Positions 29,613-39,894 are shown, counted from the whole stretch's first letter. The stretch is DNA of 63,062 bases, filler included, from 6 parts of 6 records of this genome joined end to end with filler, not necessarily neighbours in it, one strand, 5' to 3'. Notes: generated by a model from the sequence alone, not told the origin. Numbers and translations: made by a program.

Positions 29613-30398
29613 ATGAGTTTTAGGCAAAAATTAGATGCCTTTGTCACTGGACCCCGGTTTGGGCAATTCATCACCCTGGTGATTATTTTCAACGCCATCC
29701 TGCTTGGGCTTGAAACGTCTCCTAGTGTTATGGCCGAAGTTGGGCCAATGGTGAAAGTTCTAGACAGCCTGTGTCTGGGGATCTTTATCGTTGAAATCGC
29801 AATGAAATTGCTTGCGCAGGATCGACGTTTTTTTACCAATGGTTGGAACATTTTTGATTTCATCATCATTGGAATCGCGCTGGTTCCAGGCGGCGGCGGT
29901 CTGTCGGTGTTGCGGGCATTGCGTATTTTGCGGGTGCTGCGCGTCATTTCGGTCGCGCCCCGTCTGCGGCGCGTGGTCGAAGGGTTCATCACCGCGCTTC
30001 CGGGCATGGCCAGCGTGTTTTTGCTGATGGCGATTATCTTTTACATCGGGGCTGTGATCGCAACCAAGCTCTTTGGTGCCTCGTTTCCAGAGTGGTTTGG
30101 TGATCTGGGTCGAAGCGCCTATTCTCTGTTCCAAATCATGACGTTGGAAAGCTGGTCGATGGGGATCGTGCGCCCGGTCATGGAGATTTACCCCTACGCT
30201 TGGGCGTTCTTTGTTCCCTTCATCATGATCACGACCTTTGCGGTTGTGAACCTTTTGGTGGGCTTGATCGTGAATTCGATGCAAGATGCCCACCAAGAAG
30301 AAGATCACGAACGTACGGATGCGTACCGGGATCAGGTGCTGGCCCGGTTGGAAGCGATCGAAGTCATGATGTCCGAGCGGACCCAGACAAAAAAGTGA
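29613..30398 (+). CDS. Bacterial voltage-gated sodium channel (BacNav)
   Basis: S4 LRALRILRVLRVIS; selectivity filter TLESWSMG; S6 FAVVNLLVGLIVNSM; start MSFRQK. Confidence 0.93.
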   Translation: MSFRQKLDAFVTGPRFGQFITLVIIFNAILLGLETSPSVMAEVGPMVKVLDSLCLGIFIVEIAMKLLAQDRRFFTNGWNIFDFIIIGIALVPGGGGLSVLRALRILRVLRVISVAPRLRRVVEGFITALPGMASVFLLMAIIFYIGAVIATKLFGASFPEWFGDLGRSAYSLFQIMTLESWSMGIVRPVMEIYPYAWAFFVPFIMITTFAVVNLLVGLIVNSMQDAHQEEDHERTDAYRDQVLARLEAIEVMMSERTQTKK

Positions 30399-30459
30399 TT
30401 ATGAGCGCGCGCAAAGACAGCGTATGTGAGCAGCAAAGATCAAGAGGCAGTATTGAGTA

Positions 30460-30978
30460 ATGGATCGACGAGTATTTGGCCTTGGGGCAGTGGCTACGTT
30501 GGGTTTGACCGCCTGCAGTAGCGGGAAAAGCAAGTTTCGCCGCTATAACGGGCCCGAAGTGACCTCTGTTGTGGTCAACAAGGGCGCGCGCAAGCTGTAC
30601 GCCTTGCACAATGATGAAGTTTTGAAGTCTTTTGATGTGGATCTTGGCTTTGCACCAGCAGGTGACAAAAGCTTCGAAGGGGACGGTAAAACCCCTGAGG
30701 GGACGTATTTGATTGACCGCCGGAACCCGAACAGTCGCTACCATCTGTCCATCGGCATCTCGTACCCGAACTCACGCGATGTTGCAGAGGCACGTGCCAT
30801 GGGGAAAAGCCCGGGTGGTGAAATCTTTATTCATGGTCAGCCCAACCGTCTGAAAGAGTTGGCACGGGCTAAGAAAACGCCCGATTGGACGGCTGGCTGT
30901 ATCGCTGTAACGAATGATGAGATCGAAGAGCTTTACGCCATGGTCAAAAATGGCACTGTGATCACCCTGCGCCCTTAG
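30460..30978 (+). CDS. L,D-transpeptidase family lipoprotein (YkuD)
   Basis: Lipobox LTAC; GDGKTPEG, ISYPN, IFIHG...WTAGCIA catalytic motif. Confidence 0.9.
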   Translation: MDRRVFGLGAVATLGLTACSSGKSKFRRYNGPEVTSVVVNKGARKLYALHNDEVLKSFDVDLGFAPAGDKSFEGDGKTPEGTYLIDRRNPNSRYHLSIGISYPNSRDVAEARAMGKSPGGEIFIHGQPNRLKELARAKKTPDWTAGCIAVTNDEIEELYAMVKNGTVITLRP

Positions 30979-32411
30979 TGGTCTGGCCGCCAGGGGCCAA
31001 AGCCAAACATTTGATAATCCCGCTGGTAGACAGATTCGCACAGGGATTCGAGCTTGTCGTCGTAGATGTCGGCCAAACTGTATGGTTGATCCAAGGGGGC
31101 CGCGTTGGGGGCGGTTGGATCTGCGTGTCCGTATCTTTGAGCCAGCGGTGGTAAGACGGTCGCCAGCTCATCTTCGCGGAACACATGGTCTAGAATGGCG
31201 AACTCGGAAAACATGCTAAGCGCCTGTGACTGCGTGCACCAACGCCCGTCCACACGGATGGCGGTTTGCCCTGCAAGGTTCATTCGGAGAAATCCAAGAA
31301 AAACCTCGAACGCTGCGCGGTGCTCAGATTTTGAGTAACTGGAATCGATCTTGCCTTTGGGGATTGGCAAATTGAACTGGTTGCGCAGAGTTTCGCGAAT
31401 TTTGATAAACGCGCCGCGCTCTTTGGACAGGATTTTGTTACAAAATACGGTGTGAGCGCGCGCCAGAGGGTGCCGCAACACGGTAAAGCGTCGGTTTTCC
31501 TGATTTCCACGCATCCATTGCCGCGCCTGTTTTTGATTCAAGCCAGTGATCAGGGACTCAGCCGGAACGCCGTCCAGATCAGCCATCCATTGTTTGACCT
31601 GATGCTCTGGTCCGCCCTTGATTGGCATGAAAAGCAACGGTGTAACCGCACCTAGAACATACGTTGGGACCGCAGCCCCCCGACGTGGTTCGAAGTTTGG
31701 CGTACGGGTCAAGTTGAAACGGTCTAGCCCATTCAGGGCTTCGGTCATTTCTTCAAGGTTTGCGACCTTAGAGGTCACGGGGCTGGGGTTCTGAGGCTTT
31801 AGGCTGTTGTCCAAAGCGTCAAGTTGGCTAGAAACCCCAAGCCACTTGGCCAATCCATTCAGGACATCAACGCTCTTTAAATCCTCGTAAGCGAGGTAAA
31901 ATGCCGTCTGGCCGGTACGTTGCAATGTGTTCAGCAAATAGACCTGAAAGTCTTGCAGGGTCTCGACAAACCGGGAAAATTCATTCGCCTTAAAAGTCGC
32001 TTGCGCCTCTCTGCGGCGTTTTACGTTGGTCAACTTCCACTGCCCGGTTTCTTTGGCGATTTTCCACGACACATAGCTGTCCAAGGGATTGCGCGTCAGA
32101 ATGATCTTGGCGCATCGGGGATCTTCCATCGCGATCTCTAAAACCCGGGGGTCGTGGTTGTGAAAGTATCGAAACCCACTCAGCTTATCAGGAGTATCCC
32201 GAATGGCATCAATCAAGCACATGGGATCTGAATCCCGCATCGCCTGGGACACCTCAAGAATCTCTGTTTTATCTGGATATCCAATGAAATGCGGGTTGAA
32301 AGCTTCGCCGTGACAGCTGAGCCCGTCTATCGCATTCAGGTTGGTTTCTAGGAAGTTGGACCCCGTGCGCATTTCGGCAAACACGATGAAGTAGTCAAAG
32401 TTCGTGGTCAT
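30975..32411 (-). CDS. Sulfotransferase (NodH/Stf0-like N-domain plus second sulfotransferase-like C-domain)
   Basis: FAEMRTGSNFLE PAPS-binding loop, LTRNPLDSYVS, YEDL; C-terminal FTVLRHPLARA and YQRDYQMFGF. Confidence 0.8.
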   Translation of the reverse strand: MTTNFDYFIVFAEMRTGSNFLETNLNAIDGLSCHGEAFNPHFIGYPDKTEILEVSQAMRDSDPMCLIDAIRDTPDKLSGFRYFHNHDPRVLEIAMEDPRCAKIILTRNPLDSYVSWKIAKETGQWKLTNVKRRREAQATFKANEFSRFVETLQDFQVYLLNTLQRTGQTAFYLAYEDLKSVDVLNGLAKWLGVSSQLDALDNSLKPQNPSPVTSKVANLEEMTEALNGLDRFNLTRTPNFEPRRGAAVPTYVLGAVTPLLFMPIKGGPEHQVKQWMADLDGVPAESLITGLNQKQARQWMRGNQENRRFTVLRHPLARAHTVFCNKILSKERGAFIKIRETLRNQFNLPIPKGKIDSSYSKSEHRAAFEVFLGFLRMNLAGQTAIRVDGRWCTQSQALSMFSEFAILDHVFREDELATVLPPLAQRYGHADPTAPNAAPLDQPYSLADIYDDKLESLCESVYQRDYQMFGFGPWRPDH

Positions 32412-32417
32412 TCAGAT

Positions 32418-34115
32418 CTATCGCACCAAATAGGGTTTGCGGCTTGGCCGGTTCATACTAACGGGGGCTTGCTCAACAGGAAAGTCTCCCATCAGGTAGG
32501 GGTGCATTCCTTGGTTTTTGAGATTTTGCAGAAACTGCCCAAACCCGGTCAGATCAACCATTGTGGGGGCTTCGGACAATCGCCGGGGAATAGTCGGGCC
32601 AATTTCATCCACGATGGTCTGGATCGGTTCCATCGGGGCCTCTACAAACTCTGCCATTTTCCAGATCCGCACCCGCGCTTTGGTCCAGACCGATCGCAGG
32701 ATGTTCAAGTGATCGCTTTCGATCTTTTGCAACAGGGCGGCTTCTTTGCGGATGTCTGCAAAATCACGATTTGACTTGAACAGCGGCACGGCCCAGGCGC
32801 CTGCAATCACTGAAATCTGGGCGTTTGGATCGCGTGCGGCCAGCCAGTTTATGTCTTGCGTGTCCGCAGGCCCGAATTGAAAGCACTGCCGTTCACCCCG
32901 GGTGTTCCAGATCAGACTGGTCAGAAAACTCTGCGGATCATAATCGCGCTTTTTGGCGCTGTCGCAGAGGGCCCCGTTGATCAGGCTTTGACCGCCTGAA
33001 AATTCGACGCGGTCGGGACCAAACAAATGCCCGTGGACGCGCGCGCCGGTGGCTTTGGCCAACCAGGGTTCGAAGTCTTCAAACAGTTCCGTGAAGCCCT
33101 GGAAAATTGAATAAGGGTTCGACGTCAATCCGTTTTCATTGCCGTGCCGGGGGAACCGGCTCTGCATATAGAGCCCATCACGCCCTCTGGTTCGGCGTTC
33201 AACGGCCTTGGCAAAAATGCGATCAATTTTGCCGGGGTTCGGTTCGGTTTTCTTCATCGCCCCGGCCTGGTCTGTCAAAAACGCCTGATAAAGCCGGTTT
33301 GCCTTTGGCCAGATTTTGCGCGCAACAAAGCAATCAGACCGCCGCAACAGCTGCAGGTGATCGTCATAAAAGATGTGCGGCTTACCTTGGAAATCGAACT
33401 TTGACAGCGTCAAAGAACGGCTTTCGATATTCGAAGAATACTGTCGAGCAAGGGTTTGGAAATAGCTCTCGTCCGGGATCCAGACCCGTTTAAAGTACCG
33501 ATCATAAGTTTCCCGTTCAGGATCTTGCAAAATGGCCGAAAGCGTCTGGCGGGTGAGACACCACCATTGGCTGCCCATGTGTGGGATCAAACCTGTCGGG
33601 ATTTTCCGCTTGATCCGCAAGCGGCGTTGCAGCTCGACGTACCGATCAAACAGGAATCGCCGTTTTTTCCATGAAAATGGAAACCGCAGCGTAAATCGTT
33701 CGTGATCCAGACCACCCACGGTCCAAGGGACATCTGCTGTTGTGGCGCTTTCGATAAAATCGGTGCGCGGGCGGGCGGCCAGATAATCAATCAACTCTTG
33801 TACCGGGCGCAGTGGTAAGCATGACCCCGATGCCAAGTATACATGGCGTACATCGGGAAAGTTCTGCAACATCATCTCAGAGGCGGACTGAGAGGCCGCG
33901 ACCAGCCCCCAAGCGCCCCATTCACAACGATGGCGCTTGCAGAAAACGATCAACGAATTGTCGGAACAGGATTTTTGAAACGCGGCAAATGTCTTTTTCG
34001 GGACGTTCATGTCGACGTGCATCACAACTGGACAGCCCGCAGCGGTCCAGTGGCGCGCAACCTGTTCGGCGCGATCCAGCGTATTGTGTACAAGCATGAC
34101 GATGCCGATAGTCAT
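32418..34115 (-). CDS. GT14 (core-2/I-branching-like) glycosyltransferase with C-terminal extension
   Basis: HVD, EWGAWGLV, SGSCLPLRP, GSQWWCLTR, IPDESYFQT, FVARK; ATGA overlap with the upstream GT. Confidence 0.85.
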   Translation of the reverse strand: MTIGIVMLVHNTLDRAEQVARHWTAAGCPVVMHVDMNVPKKTFAAFQKSCSDNSLIVFCKRHRCEWGAWGLVAASQSASEMMLQNFPDVRHVYLASGSCLPLRPVQELIDYLAARPRTDFIESATTADVPWTVGGLDHERFTLRFPFSWKKRRFLFDRYVELQRRLRIKRKIPTGLIPHMGSQWWCLTRQTLSAILQDPERETYDRYFKRVWIPDESYFQTLARQYSSNIESRSLTLSKFDFQGKPHIFYDDHLQLLRRSDCFVARKIWPKANRLYQAFLTDQAGAMKKTEPNPGKIDRIFAKAVERRTRGRDGLYMQSRFPRHGNENGLTSNPYSIFQGFTELFEDFEPWLAKATGARVHGHLFGPDRVEFSGGQSLINGALCDSAKKRDYDPQSFLTSLIWNTRGERQCFQFGPADTQDINWLAARDPNAQISVIAGAWAVPLFKSNRDFADIRKEAALLQKIESDHLNILRSVWTKARVRIWKMAEFVEAPMEPIQTIVDEIGPTIPRRLSEAPTMVDLTGFGQFLQNLKNQGMHPYLMGDFPVEQAPVSMNRPSRKPYLVR

Positions 34116-35122
34116 GCCCAGTTCCCCTTGGACATCAGCCCCAAAATTTCTAGCTGACGCCAGTTGATGTACTTTTCCGACCATTTGCACCACAGCTCGG
34201 GATGCTCGCTTAGCTTGTCGGCGTATGCGGTGTATTCACGCGATCCCGCATAGTGCTGTTTGCGGTTCATTTCCTCTTGGGCCTTGGCGGTAAAGGTGTC
34301 CAAGAACTTGGTATGCAGCAAGGCACCGCTGGCCTTTTCGCCGCCCCACTCATCATAGACCTGATTGAGCCCACGCGGCAGCAACGTGTGGGTAGAGCTG
34401 ACGTAGGCATATCGTTTGGTCCATTTGACCAACGGTGTTTTGTTCAGAGCAGGGGCGCTTTTGGGGGTGTCGGGAAAGAACACCCGACTGCGTGGACCGC
34501 CCTGAATCCAAAGGTTTCCATAAGTTGCGTTCTTTTTGATCGTGTAGTTACCGGAATCAAACCAGCTTGCGATCTCAAGTGGGTTCTGCCCTTCTTGATA
34601 TGGGTTCTCGTCCAGCCGCCCCTTGGGGTACACGTCCACAAGCATGGCGCTAAAGCTACGGATCGACGAATTGTCGAGCCAGTCGGTCAGTGCCTGAATG
34701 GGACGGGTGTCGCAGAACGGATAGACAAAGAACTCATCCGGATCGACCACCAGCGTCCAGTGCTCATTGCCGTAGGTGCGTTGCAGCCAGTTCATCCAAT
34801 CGACGCCAAAATTAGCGCGTTTGTAGCTGTGTTTGGTGTTCCAAACCGATACGTCTCGCTGCCCATTCAGGTAATCCAGCGTTCCGTCGGTGCTGTCATT
34901 GTCCACGAATAGGAAATGATCGATGCCCAAATCACGGTAATATCGCAGGAAATACGGCAGCCTCACCTTTTCATTTCGAAAGGTGCTGACGAGAATGACA
35001 TCGTTGGGGCGAATGGCGGCGGTATTGTTTTGAACGGAACGCAACTCTCTGGACTTGCGCATGCAGCGCAACAGGCGACGCCGGCGCCGCACTCTCATCC
35101 GATAGGAGTCCCAAAGGCTCAC
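34112..35122 (-). CDS. Glycosyltransferase family 2-like (Glyco_tranf_2_4 type)
   Basis: RNEKVRLPYFLRYYR, VDNDSTDG, VDPDEF, QGGPR, LLHTKF. Confidence 0.87.
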   Translation of the reverse strand: MSLWDSYRMRVRRRRRLLRCMRKSRELRSVQNNTAAIRPNDVILVSTFRNEKVRLPYFLRYYRDLGIDHFLFVDNDSTDGTLDYLNGQRDVSVWNTKHSYKRANFGVDWMNWLQRTYGNEHWTLVVDPDEFFVYPFCDTRPIQALTDWLDNSSIRSFSAMLVDVYPKGRLDENPYQEGQNPLEIASWFDSGNYTIKKNATYGNLWIQGGPRSRVFFPDTPKSAPALNKTPLVKWTKRYAYVSSTHTLLPRGLNQVYDEWGGEKASGALLHTKFLDTFTAKAQEEMNRKQHYAGSREYTAYADKLSEHPELWCKWSEKYINWRQLEILGLMSKGNWA

Positions 35123-35308
35123 GTGTCGTTCCAACTTTCACATTTGCGCCCAAAACACCGAATACGCCAAGTATCAGGGTTAATCGGGGCGATTATCAAC
35201 TTATGTCATCTTTTCTTTCATGGAATCAACGGATTTAGAAAGAGTTACGAATGGGGAATGAATTTGTGACAACATCATAATTAGGTCCCCACGATCGGTT
35301 CCTGGGGT

Positions 35309-36349
35309 TCACCATCCACCAGAGCACATTAAACCCAAAGTTTCCAGTTGTTGCCAGCCAGTGTAGCGCTTGGAATTTGGGGTCCACAAGTCGGGGGATC
35401 TGGTGATCCGATCGTAGTACTCATCAAAATCAGGCGGTGTGTGAAAGTGTTGCGCGCGCTGTTTCTCAATCGCGGATTTGGAAACAATCTCGGGCAGGAA
35501 TTTGGTATGCAATAAGACGCCAGAGGGGGATGTTCCACCCGGACCGTCGTATTCACTGTTCAAATGCCGGGGCAGGGCAGAGTGGCACGAGTTTACATAG
35601 GCGTAGCGCCTATTCCATTTGACCAAGGGGATTTTGTTCAATGTGGGAGAGCGATTAGGGGCCTGGGCAAAGAACATGCGTTCGCGCACGCCGCCTTGGA
35701 CCCATAGATTGTTCAAAGGCTGCTGTCGCTGCACACGATAGGGTGCCGCATCAAACCAAGGCAAAGTGCGCACGGGGTCTTTGCCAGCAGAATAAGAACT
35801 CTCGTTCAGGGACCCCTTTGGGTAGAGATCCAGCAGATGGGCGCCAAAACTGTGATGTCCCTGTTGTTCCAACCAAGCAGTCAGGTCCTGCAGGGGCCGG
35901 CTATCGTGGTGGGCATAGACCAGCAGCTCGTCTGCATCCAGCATCAGGCACCAATGCCCATCCGCGTATTTGATTTGAAGCCATGTCATCCAATCCAAGC
36001 CGAACCGTGAGGCATGGTAGCTGTGTTTGGTATGCCACAATGAAACATCGGGCTGATCGGCCAAAAAGGCGCGTGTGCCATCGTCGCTGTCGTTGTCAAC
36101 GATCAGGAAATGCTGCACCCCCAATTGGCGATGATACTCAAGAACATAAGGCAGGCGCGTGATTTCGTTGCGCTGGGTCATGATCGCCAACACATCATCG
36201 GGTTTGATTTGATCTGTGCGATCCGTGATGCGCGCCAACTGATGACGACTGCGAAAAGAGCGCCACAGCAGCCGCCGACGTTTCCATCGCAGACGATAGG
36301 CGTCTGCCCATCCAACGTTGTCCAGTTCTGCGGTGGAGGTCTGCGTCAT
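35309..36349 (-). CDS. Glycosyltransferase family 2-like, paralog of 34112-35122
   Basis: RNEITRLPY, VDNDSDDG, LDADEL, QGGVRER, LLHTKF. Confidence 0.87.
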   Translation of the reverse strand: MTQTSTAELDNVGWADAYRLRWKRRRLLWRSFRSRHQLARITDRTDQIKPDDVLAIMTQRNEITRLPYVLEYHRQLGVQHFLIVDNDSDDGTRAFLADQPDVSLWHTKHSYHASRFGLDWMTWLQIKYADGHWCLMLDADELLVYAHHDSRPLQDLTAWLEQQGHHSFGAHLLDLYPKGSLNESSYSAGKDPVRTLPWFDAAPYRVQRQQPLNNLWVQGGVRERMFFAQAPNRSPTLNKIPLVKWNRRYAYVNSCHSALPRHLNSEYDGPGGTSPSGVLLHTKFLPEIVSKSAIEKQRAQHFHTPPDFDEYYDRITRSPDLWTPNSKRYTGWQQLETLGLMCSGGW

Positions 36350-36356
36350 GCTTGTC

Positions 36357-37340
36357 CTAGTTGTTGTAATGCCCGGTTTGGTGCCAACGCCACGCATCAG
36401 TGATCATTGTCTCAAGCGTGGAACGGGTCGGAGACCACCCTAATTCCTGTTCCGCCCGTGTTGAACCTGAAACGAGCTTGGTGCAATCGCCCGCTCGACG
36501 TGGACCGATATTGAAGGGTACGTCGCGGTTCGTCATGGCCTTGGCTGCATCCATGACCTCTAGCACAGAAAACCCGGTGCCGGTGCCCAGATTGAACACC
36601 CGGCTGCCTTTGTCATCCTGAAGCCACTTTAGGCCTAGAACATGGGCATCCACCAAATCGCAGACATGCACATAGTCACGGATGCAGGTGCCATCTGGCG
36701 TATCGTAATCGGTGCCAAAAATGGTCAATGCGTCACGCTTGCCCTCAATCGCATCCAGAATGAGCGGCACAAGATGTGTTTCAGGGCGATGAAATTCGCC
36801 CACCTGTGCCTCGGGATCTGCGCCGGCGACGTTGAAATAGCGAAAGATCACACTGCGCAATCCATAAGCGGCTTCGAAATCACGAAGGATATCTTCGATC
36901 GCGCGTTTAGAGGCCCCATAGGCGTTCAGCGGGTGTTGTGGTGTCGTTTCATCCAGCACAACATTGTCATGCTCGCCATAAGTGGCGCATGTCGATGAAA
37001 AGACGAAATTCAAACAGTTCGCGGCAACGGCTGCTTCGATCAGCGTCAGGGAGCCTGTTACGTTATTGGACCAGTATTTTCCGGGTTCTGACATCGCTTC
37101 GCCGACCTGGCTGAGGGCGGCAAAGTGGACGACAGCGACCGGGTCATATTTGGCAAACACCTCATCCAGCCTGCCGCGATCCAGCAGGTCACCCTGTTCA
37201 AACGGGCCAAATTGGACGGCATCCTGCCAGCCTGTAACGAGGTTGTCGTATGTAACGGGGGTAAATCCCGCTTGGGCCAATGCCTTGCACGCGTGAGAGC
37301 CGATATAGCCCGCGCCCCCTGTAACCAGAACATGAGACAT
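36357..37340 (-). CDS. galE: UDP-glucose 4-epimerase
   Basis: TGGAGYIGSH, FSSTCATYG, YGASK, FRYFNVAGA, DGTCIRDYVHV. Confidence 0.96.
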   Translation of the reverse strand: MSHVLVTGGAGYIGSHACKALAQAGFTPVTYDNLVTGWQDAVQFGPFEQGDLLDRGRLDEVFAKYDPVAVVHFAALSQVGEAMSEPGKYWSNNVTGSLTLIEAAVAANCLNFVFSSTCATYGEHDNVVLDETTPQHPLNAYGASKRAIEDILRDFEAAYGLRSVIFRYFNVAGADPEAQVGEFHRPETHLVPLILDAIEGKRDALTIFGTDYDTPDGTCIRDYVHVCDLVDAHVLGLKWLQDDKGSRVFNLGTGTGFSVLEVMDAAKAMTNRDVPFNIGPRRAGDCTKLVSGSTRAEQELGWSPTRSTLETMITDAWRWHQTGHYNN

Positions 37341-37352
37341 AAAAGTACTTTC

Positions 37353-38153
37353 TTAATCCAAATTCATTTCAGCCATCATGGCCTGTATCTTGGGTACGTC
37401 TTCGGGGTTGTTCAATTCCCAGAATTGACGCCCTTTTGCGGCAACCTCAACACACAGAACCTTGCGACCATTTTCCATAAACCGCAGCTGTTCCAACCCT
37501 TCAAGGGTTTCCAACGGGCCGGTTTCCCATGTCGGGTAAGCCGCAAGCGCTTCGGGACGGTAAGCATAGACACCTACGTGGTGGAACACAGGGGTCTCGC
37601 CCGCGTCATCATAGGTCTTTGAGGTGAACGGGATCACTTCTTTTGAAAAGTACATCGCGCTGTTGTCTTGGGCGAAAACAGCGGTGGTTCCGCCAACGCG
37701 CCCTTCTTTGCGGTCATTCAAAAGCCCATTCAGCGCGGTGCCGTCACAGCGCAAGACAGGTGTTGCGACACCCGCTTCGGGTGCGTCCCTCAGGCCGGTT
37801 ACCAGATCTTCGACAAACCAATGCGGTGTCAAAGGCGCATCCCCTTGTAGGTTCACCACGATATCGAATTCCCCACCTAGTGCTGAATGGGCTTCGGCAC
37901 AGCGTTCGGTTCCATTGGCGCAAGATTCCGATGTCATGACAACTTCGGCACCAAAGGCTTCTGCAGCTTCGCGAATCCGGTCATCATCGGTGGCGACAAC
38001 AACCTTATCGACGCCCGACACCGCCATGGCTGCACGCCAAGACCGTTCGATCAGGGTTTGCGACTGACCAGAGGCACCGGTCAGCGGAACAAGCGGCTTA
38101 CCCGGATATCGGGTTGATGCATATCGGGCGGGGATTGCGATCAGGACAGACAT
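37353..38153 (-). CDS. kdsB: CMP-Kdo synthetase (KdsB/KpsU)
   Basis: IPARYASTRYPGKPL, VATDD, NGTER, NLQGD, HHVGVYAY, LEQLR. Confidence 0.93.
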   Translation of the reverse strand: MSVLIAIPARYASTRYPGKPLVPLTGASGQSQTLIERSWRAAMAVSGVDKVVVATDDDRIREAAEAFGAEVVMTSESCANGTERCAEAHSALGGEFDIVVNLQGDAPLTPHWFVEDLVTGLRDAPEAGVATPVLRCDGTALNGLLNDRKEGRVGGTTAVFAQDNSAMYFSKEVIPFTSKTYDDAGETPVFHHVGVYAYRPEALAAYPTWETGPLETLEGLEQLRFMENGRKVLCVEVAAKGRQFWELNNPEDVPKIQAMMAEMNLD

Positions 38154-38950
38154 CAGGCCCCCTTTAGGTCTACGCCGGGGGCCAAGGCGATGAAAAACGG
38201 GTTGGCATAACCGTCTTTGCCGTATTTCAGCGGGCTGTGGTCATCGAACCGCACAACCTGCCCCCCGGCGCCGGTCAAAACAGCATGACCCGCAGCCGTG
38301 TCCCATTCCATGGTGCGGCCAACGCGCGGGTACAGATCCGCCTCGCCTGTCGCAATCAAGCAGAACTTGAGCGAAGACCCGGCGCTCTTACTGTCTTTGA
38401 CGTTGTATTTGTTGATGTAATCATCTGTCGCTTGATCGCGGTGCGATTTGGAAGCAACCACCAGCAACGCCGCGTTATCCGCATCTGATACGGATATAGG
38501 TGTGACTTCACCAACGGTGTTTTTGTCCAGCGCGCCGGTTTCTTCTACCGATTGCCCATCTGCTTGAGTATAAAACATTCGGTTTTTAGCGGGTGCATAA
38601 ACGACACCGCGTGTGGGCACGCCGTTTTCTACCAACGCAATGTTCACCGTGAAATCACCCCGGCGGTGGATAAATTCTTTGGTACCATCCAGCGGATCAA
38701 CGATCAGAAACGTATCGCCGGTTGTGGAGTGGGACTCGGCCTGCTCTTCGGTTACCAGCATCACATCAGGAAAGGCAGCGCGCAGCCCGGCGGAAATTAT
38801 CGCATCTGCGGCCTCGTCTGCGGCAGTGACGGGGCTGTCGTCGGATTTAACTTTTACCCCGAAATCAGCTGAGTCATAAATTTCCATGATTTTGTCACCG
38901 GCCTCGAGCGCCAGCGTGCGAATTACCGGAATTAGGTCGTCATAGGTCAC
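38153..38950 (-). CDS. cysQ: 3'(2'),5'-bisphosphate nucleotidase CysQ
   Basis: DDSPVTAAD, VDPLDGTKEF, GSSLKFC, TMEWDTAAG; GTG start at 38950. Confidence 0.95.
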   Translation of the reverse strand: MTYDDLIPVIRTLALEAGDKIMEIYDSADFGVKVKSDDSPVTAADEAADAIISAGLRAAFPDVMLVTEEQAESHSTTGDTFLIVDPLDGTKEFIHRRGDFTVNIALVENGVPTRGVVYAPAKNRMFYTQADGQSVEETGALDKNTVGEVTPISVSDADNAALLVVASKSHRDQATDDYINKYNVKDSKSAGSSLKFCLIATGEADLYPRVGRTMEWDTAAGHAVLTGAGGQVVRFDDHSPLKYGKDGYANPFFIALAPGVDLKGA

Positions 38951-39072
38951 AAAAATGCTCCGATTTCGTGATTTGTTGATCTGAGAGACTGATGTTCTTA
39001 TGCTTTGCAAGAAACGGAACAGCAAGAATTCCGTGTTAGTTTCTGAGCGGTGCTACGAGAAAGACCACGTAT

Positions 39073-39894
39073 ATGTTTCGTTATCGACGTCATGATTCCC
39101 TTCTGAGCGGCGCGCTCACCATGAGTGAGCTGATCTATCATGCTGTGGTCCGGAGTGTTCGGTCGGGGCACAGCAATGCGATTATCGCCTTGGGCAAGAA
39201 CATGTTGCAGGTCGTGATCTTTGTTGGCGCGTTCTATATGCTGTTTATGATCTTGGGCATGCGAGGGTCCGCGCTGCGCGGTGATTTCGTTCTGTATATC
39301 ATGTCTGGCATTTTCCTATACATGACGCACATCAAGGCTGTGGGGGCTGTTTCTGGGGCCGAGGGGCCAAACAGTCCGATGATGCAGCACGCGCCGATGA
39401 ATACGATTATCGCCATTGCTGCGGCTGCGCTAAGCTCGCTTTATACGCAGTTTCTATCACTTAGTATCATTCTGTTTGGCTACCACGTGGTTGTAAAGCC
39501 CATCGAAATTGATGATCCGGGCGGCGCCTTTGGTATGCTGATTCTGGCGTGGTTTACGGGGTGTGCGGTTGGTTTGATTTTCCTGGCTCTGAAGCCTTGG
39601 TTTCCAACCGTTGTTGGTATCATGTCGACGCTGTATCAGCGGGCCAATATGATCGCATCTGGCAAGATGTTTGTGGCAAACGCTTTGCCAACGTTCATGT
39701 TGAAGGTTTTTGATTGGAACCCCTTGTTCCACGCCATTGATCAATGTCGTGGTTTTGTGTTCCGCAACTACTTTCCGCACAATAGCAACTGGCACTATGC
39801 GTTAGCGGTTGGGTTGATTTTGCTGATGTTGGGGTTGATGGGCGAATTTTATACCCGTCGGCATGTGTCTGTTAGCTGGTTTGCACGCCGATGA
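39073..39894 (+). CDS. ABC-2 polysaccharide export permease (KpsM/Wzm-like)
   Basis: Multi-TM; ASGKMF...WNPLFHAID ABC-2 motif; no adjacent ATPase. Confidence 0.8.
   Translation: MFRYRRHDSLLSGALTMSELIYHAVVRSVRSGHSNAIIALGKNMLQVVIFVGAFYMLFMILGMRGSALRGDFVLYIMSGIFLYMTHIKAVGAVSGAEGPNSPMMQHAPMNTIIAIAAAALSSLYTQFLSLSIILFGYHVVVKPIEIDDPGGAFGMLILAWFTGCAVGLIFLALKPWFPTVVGIMSTLYQRANMIASGKMFVANALPTFMLKVFDWNPLFHAIDQCRGFVFRNYFPHNSNWHYALAVGLILLMLGLMGEFYTRRHVSVSWFARR

Noticed and set aside
30975-32411. NodH-like gene as evidence of nodulation
   Set aside because: No nodABC genes; the context is surface-glycan synthesis and the similarity reflects the sulfotransferase fold.
35181-35195. TAATCG-GGG-CGATTA inverted repeat with an adjacent TTAACC half-site between the two GT2 genes
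   Set aside because: Short, and lacks a second CtrA half-site at the right spacing; insufficient to call.
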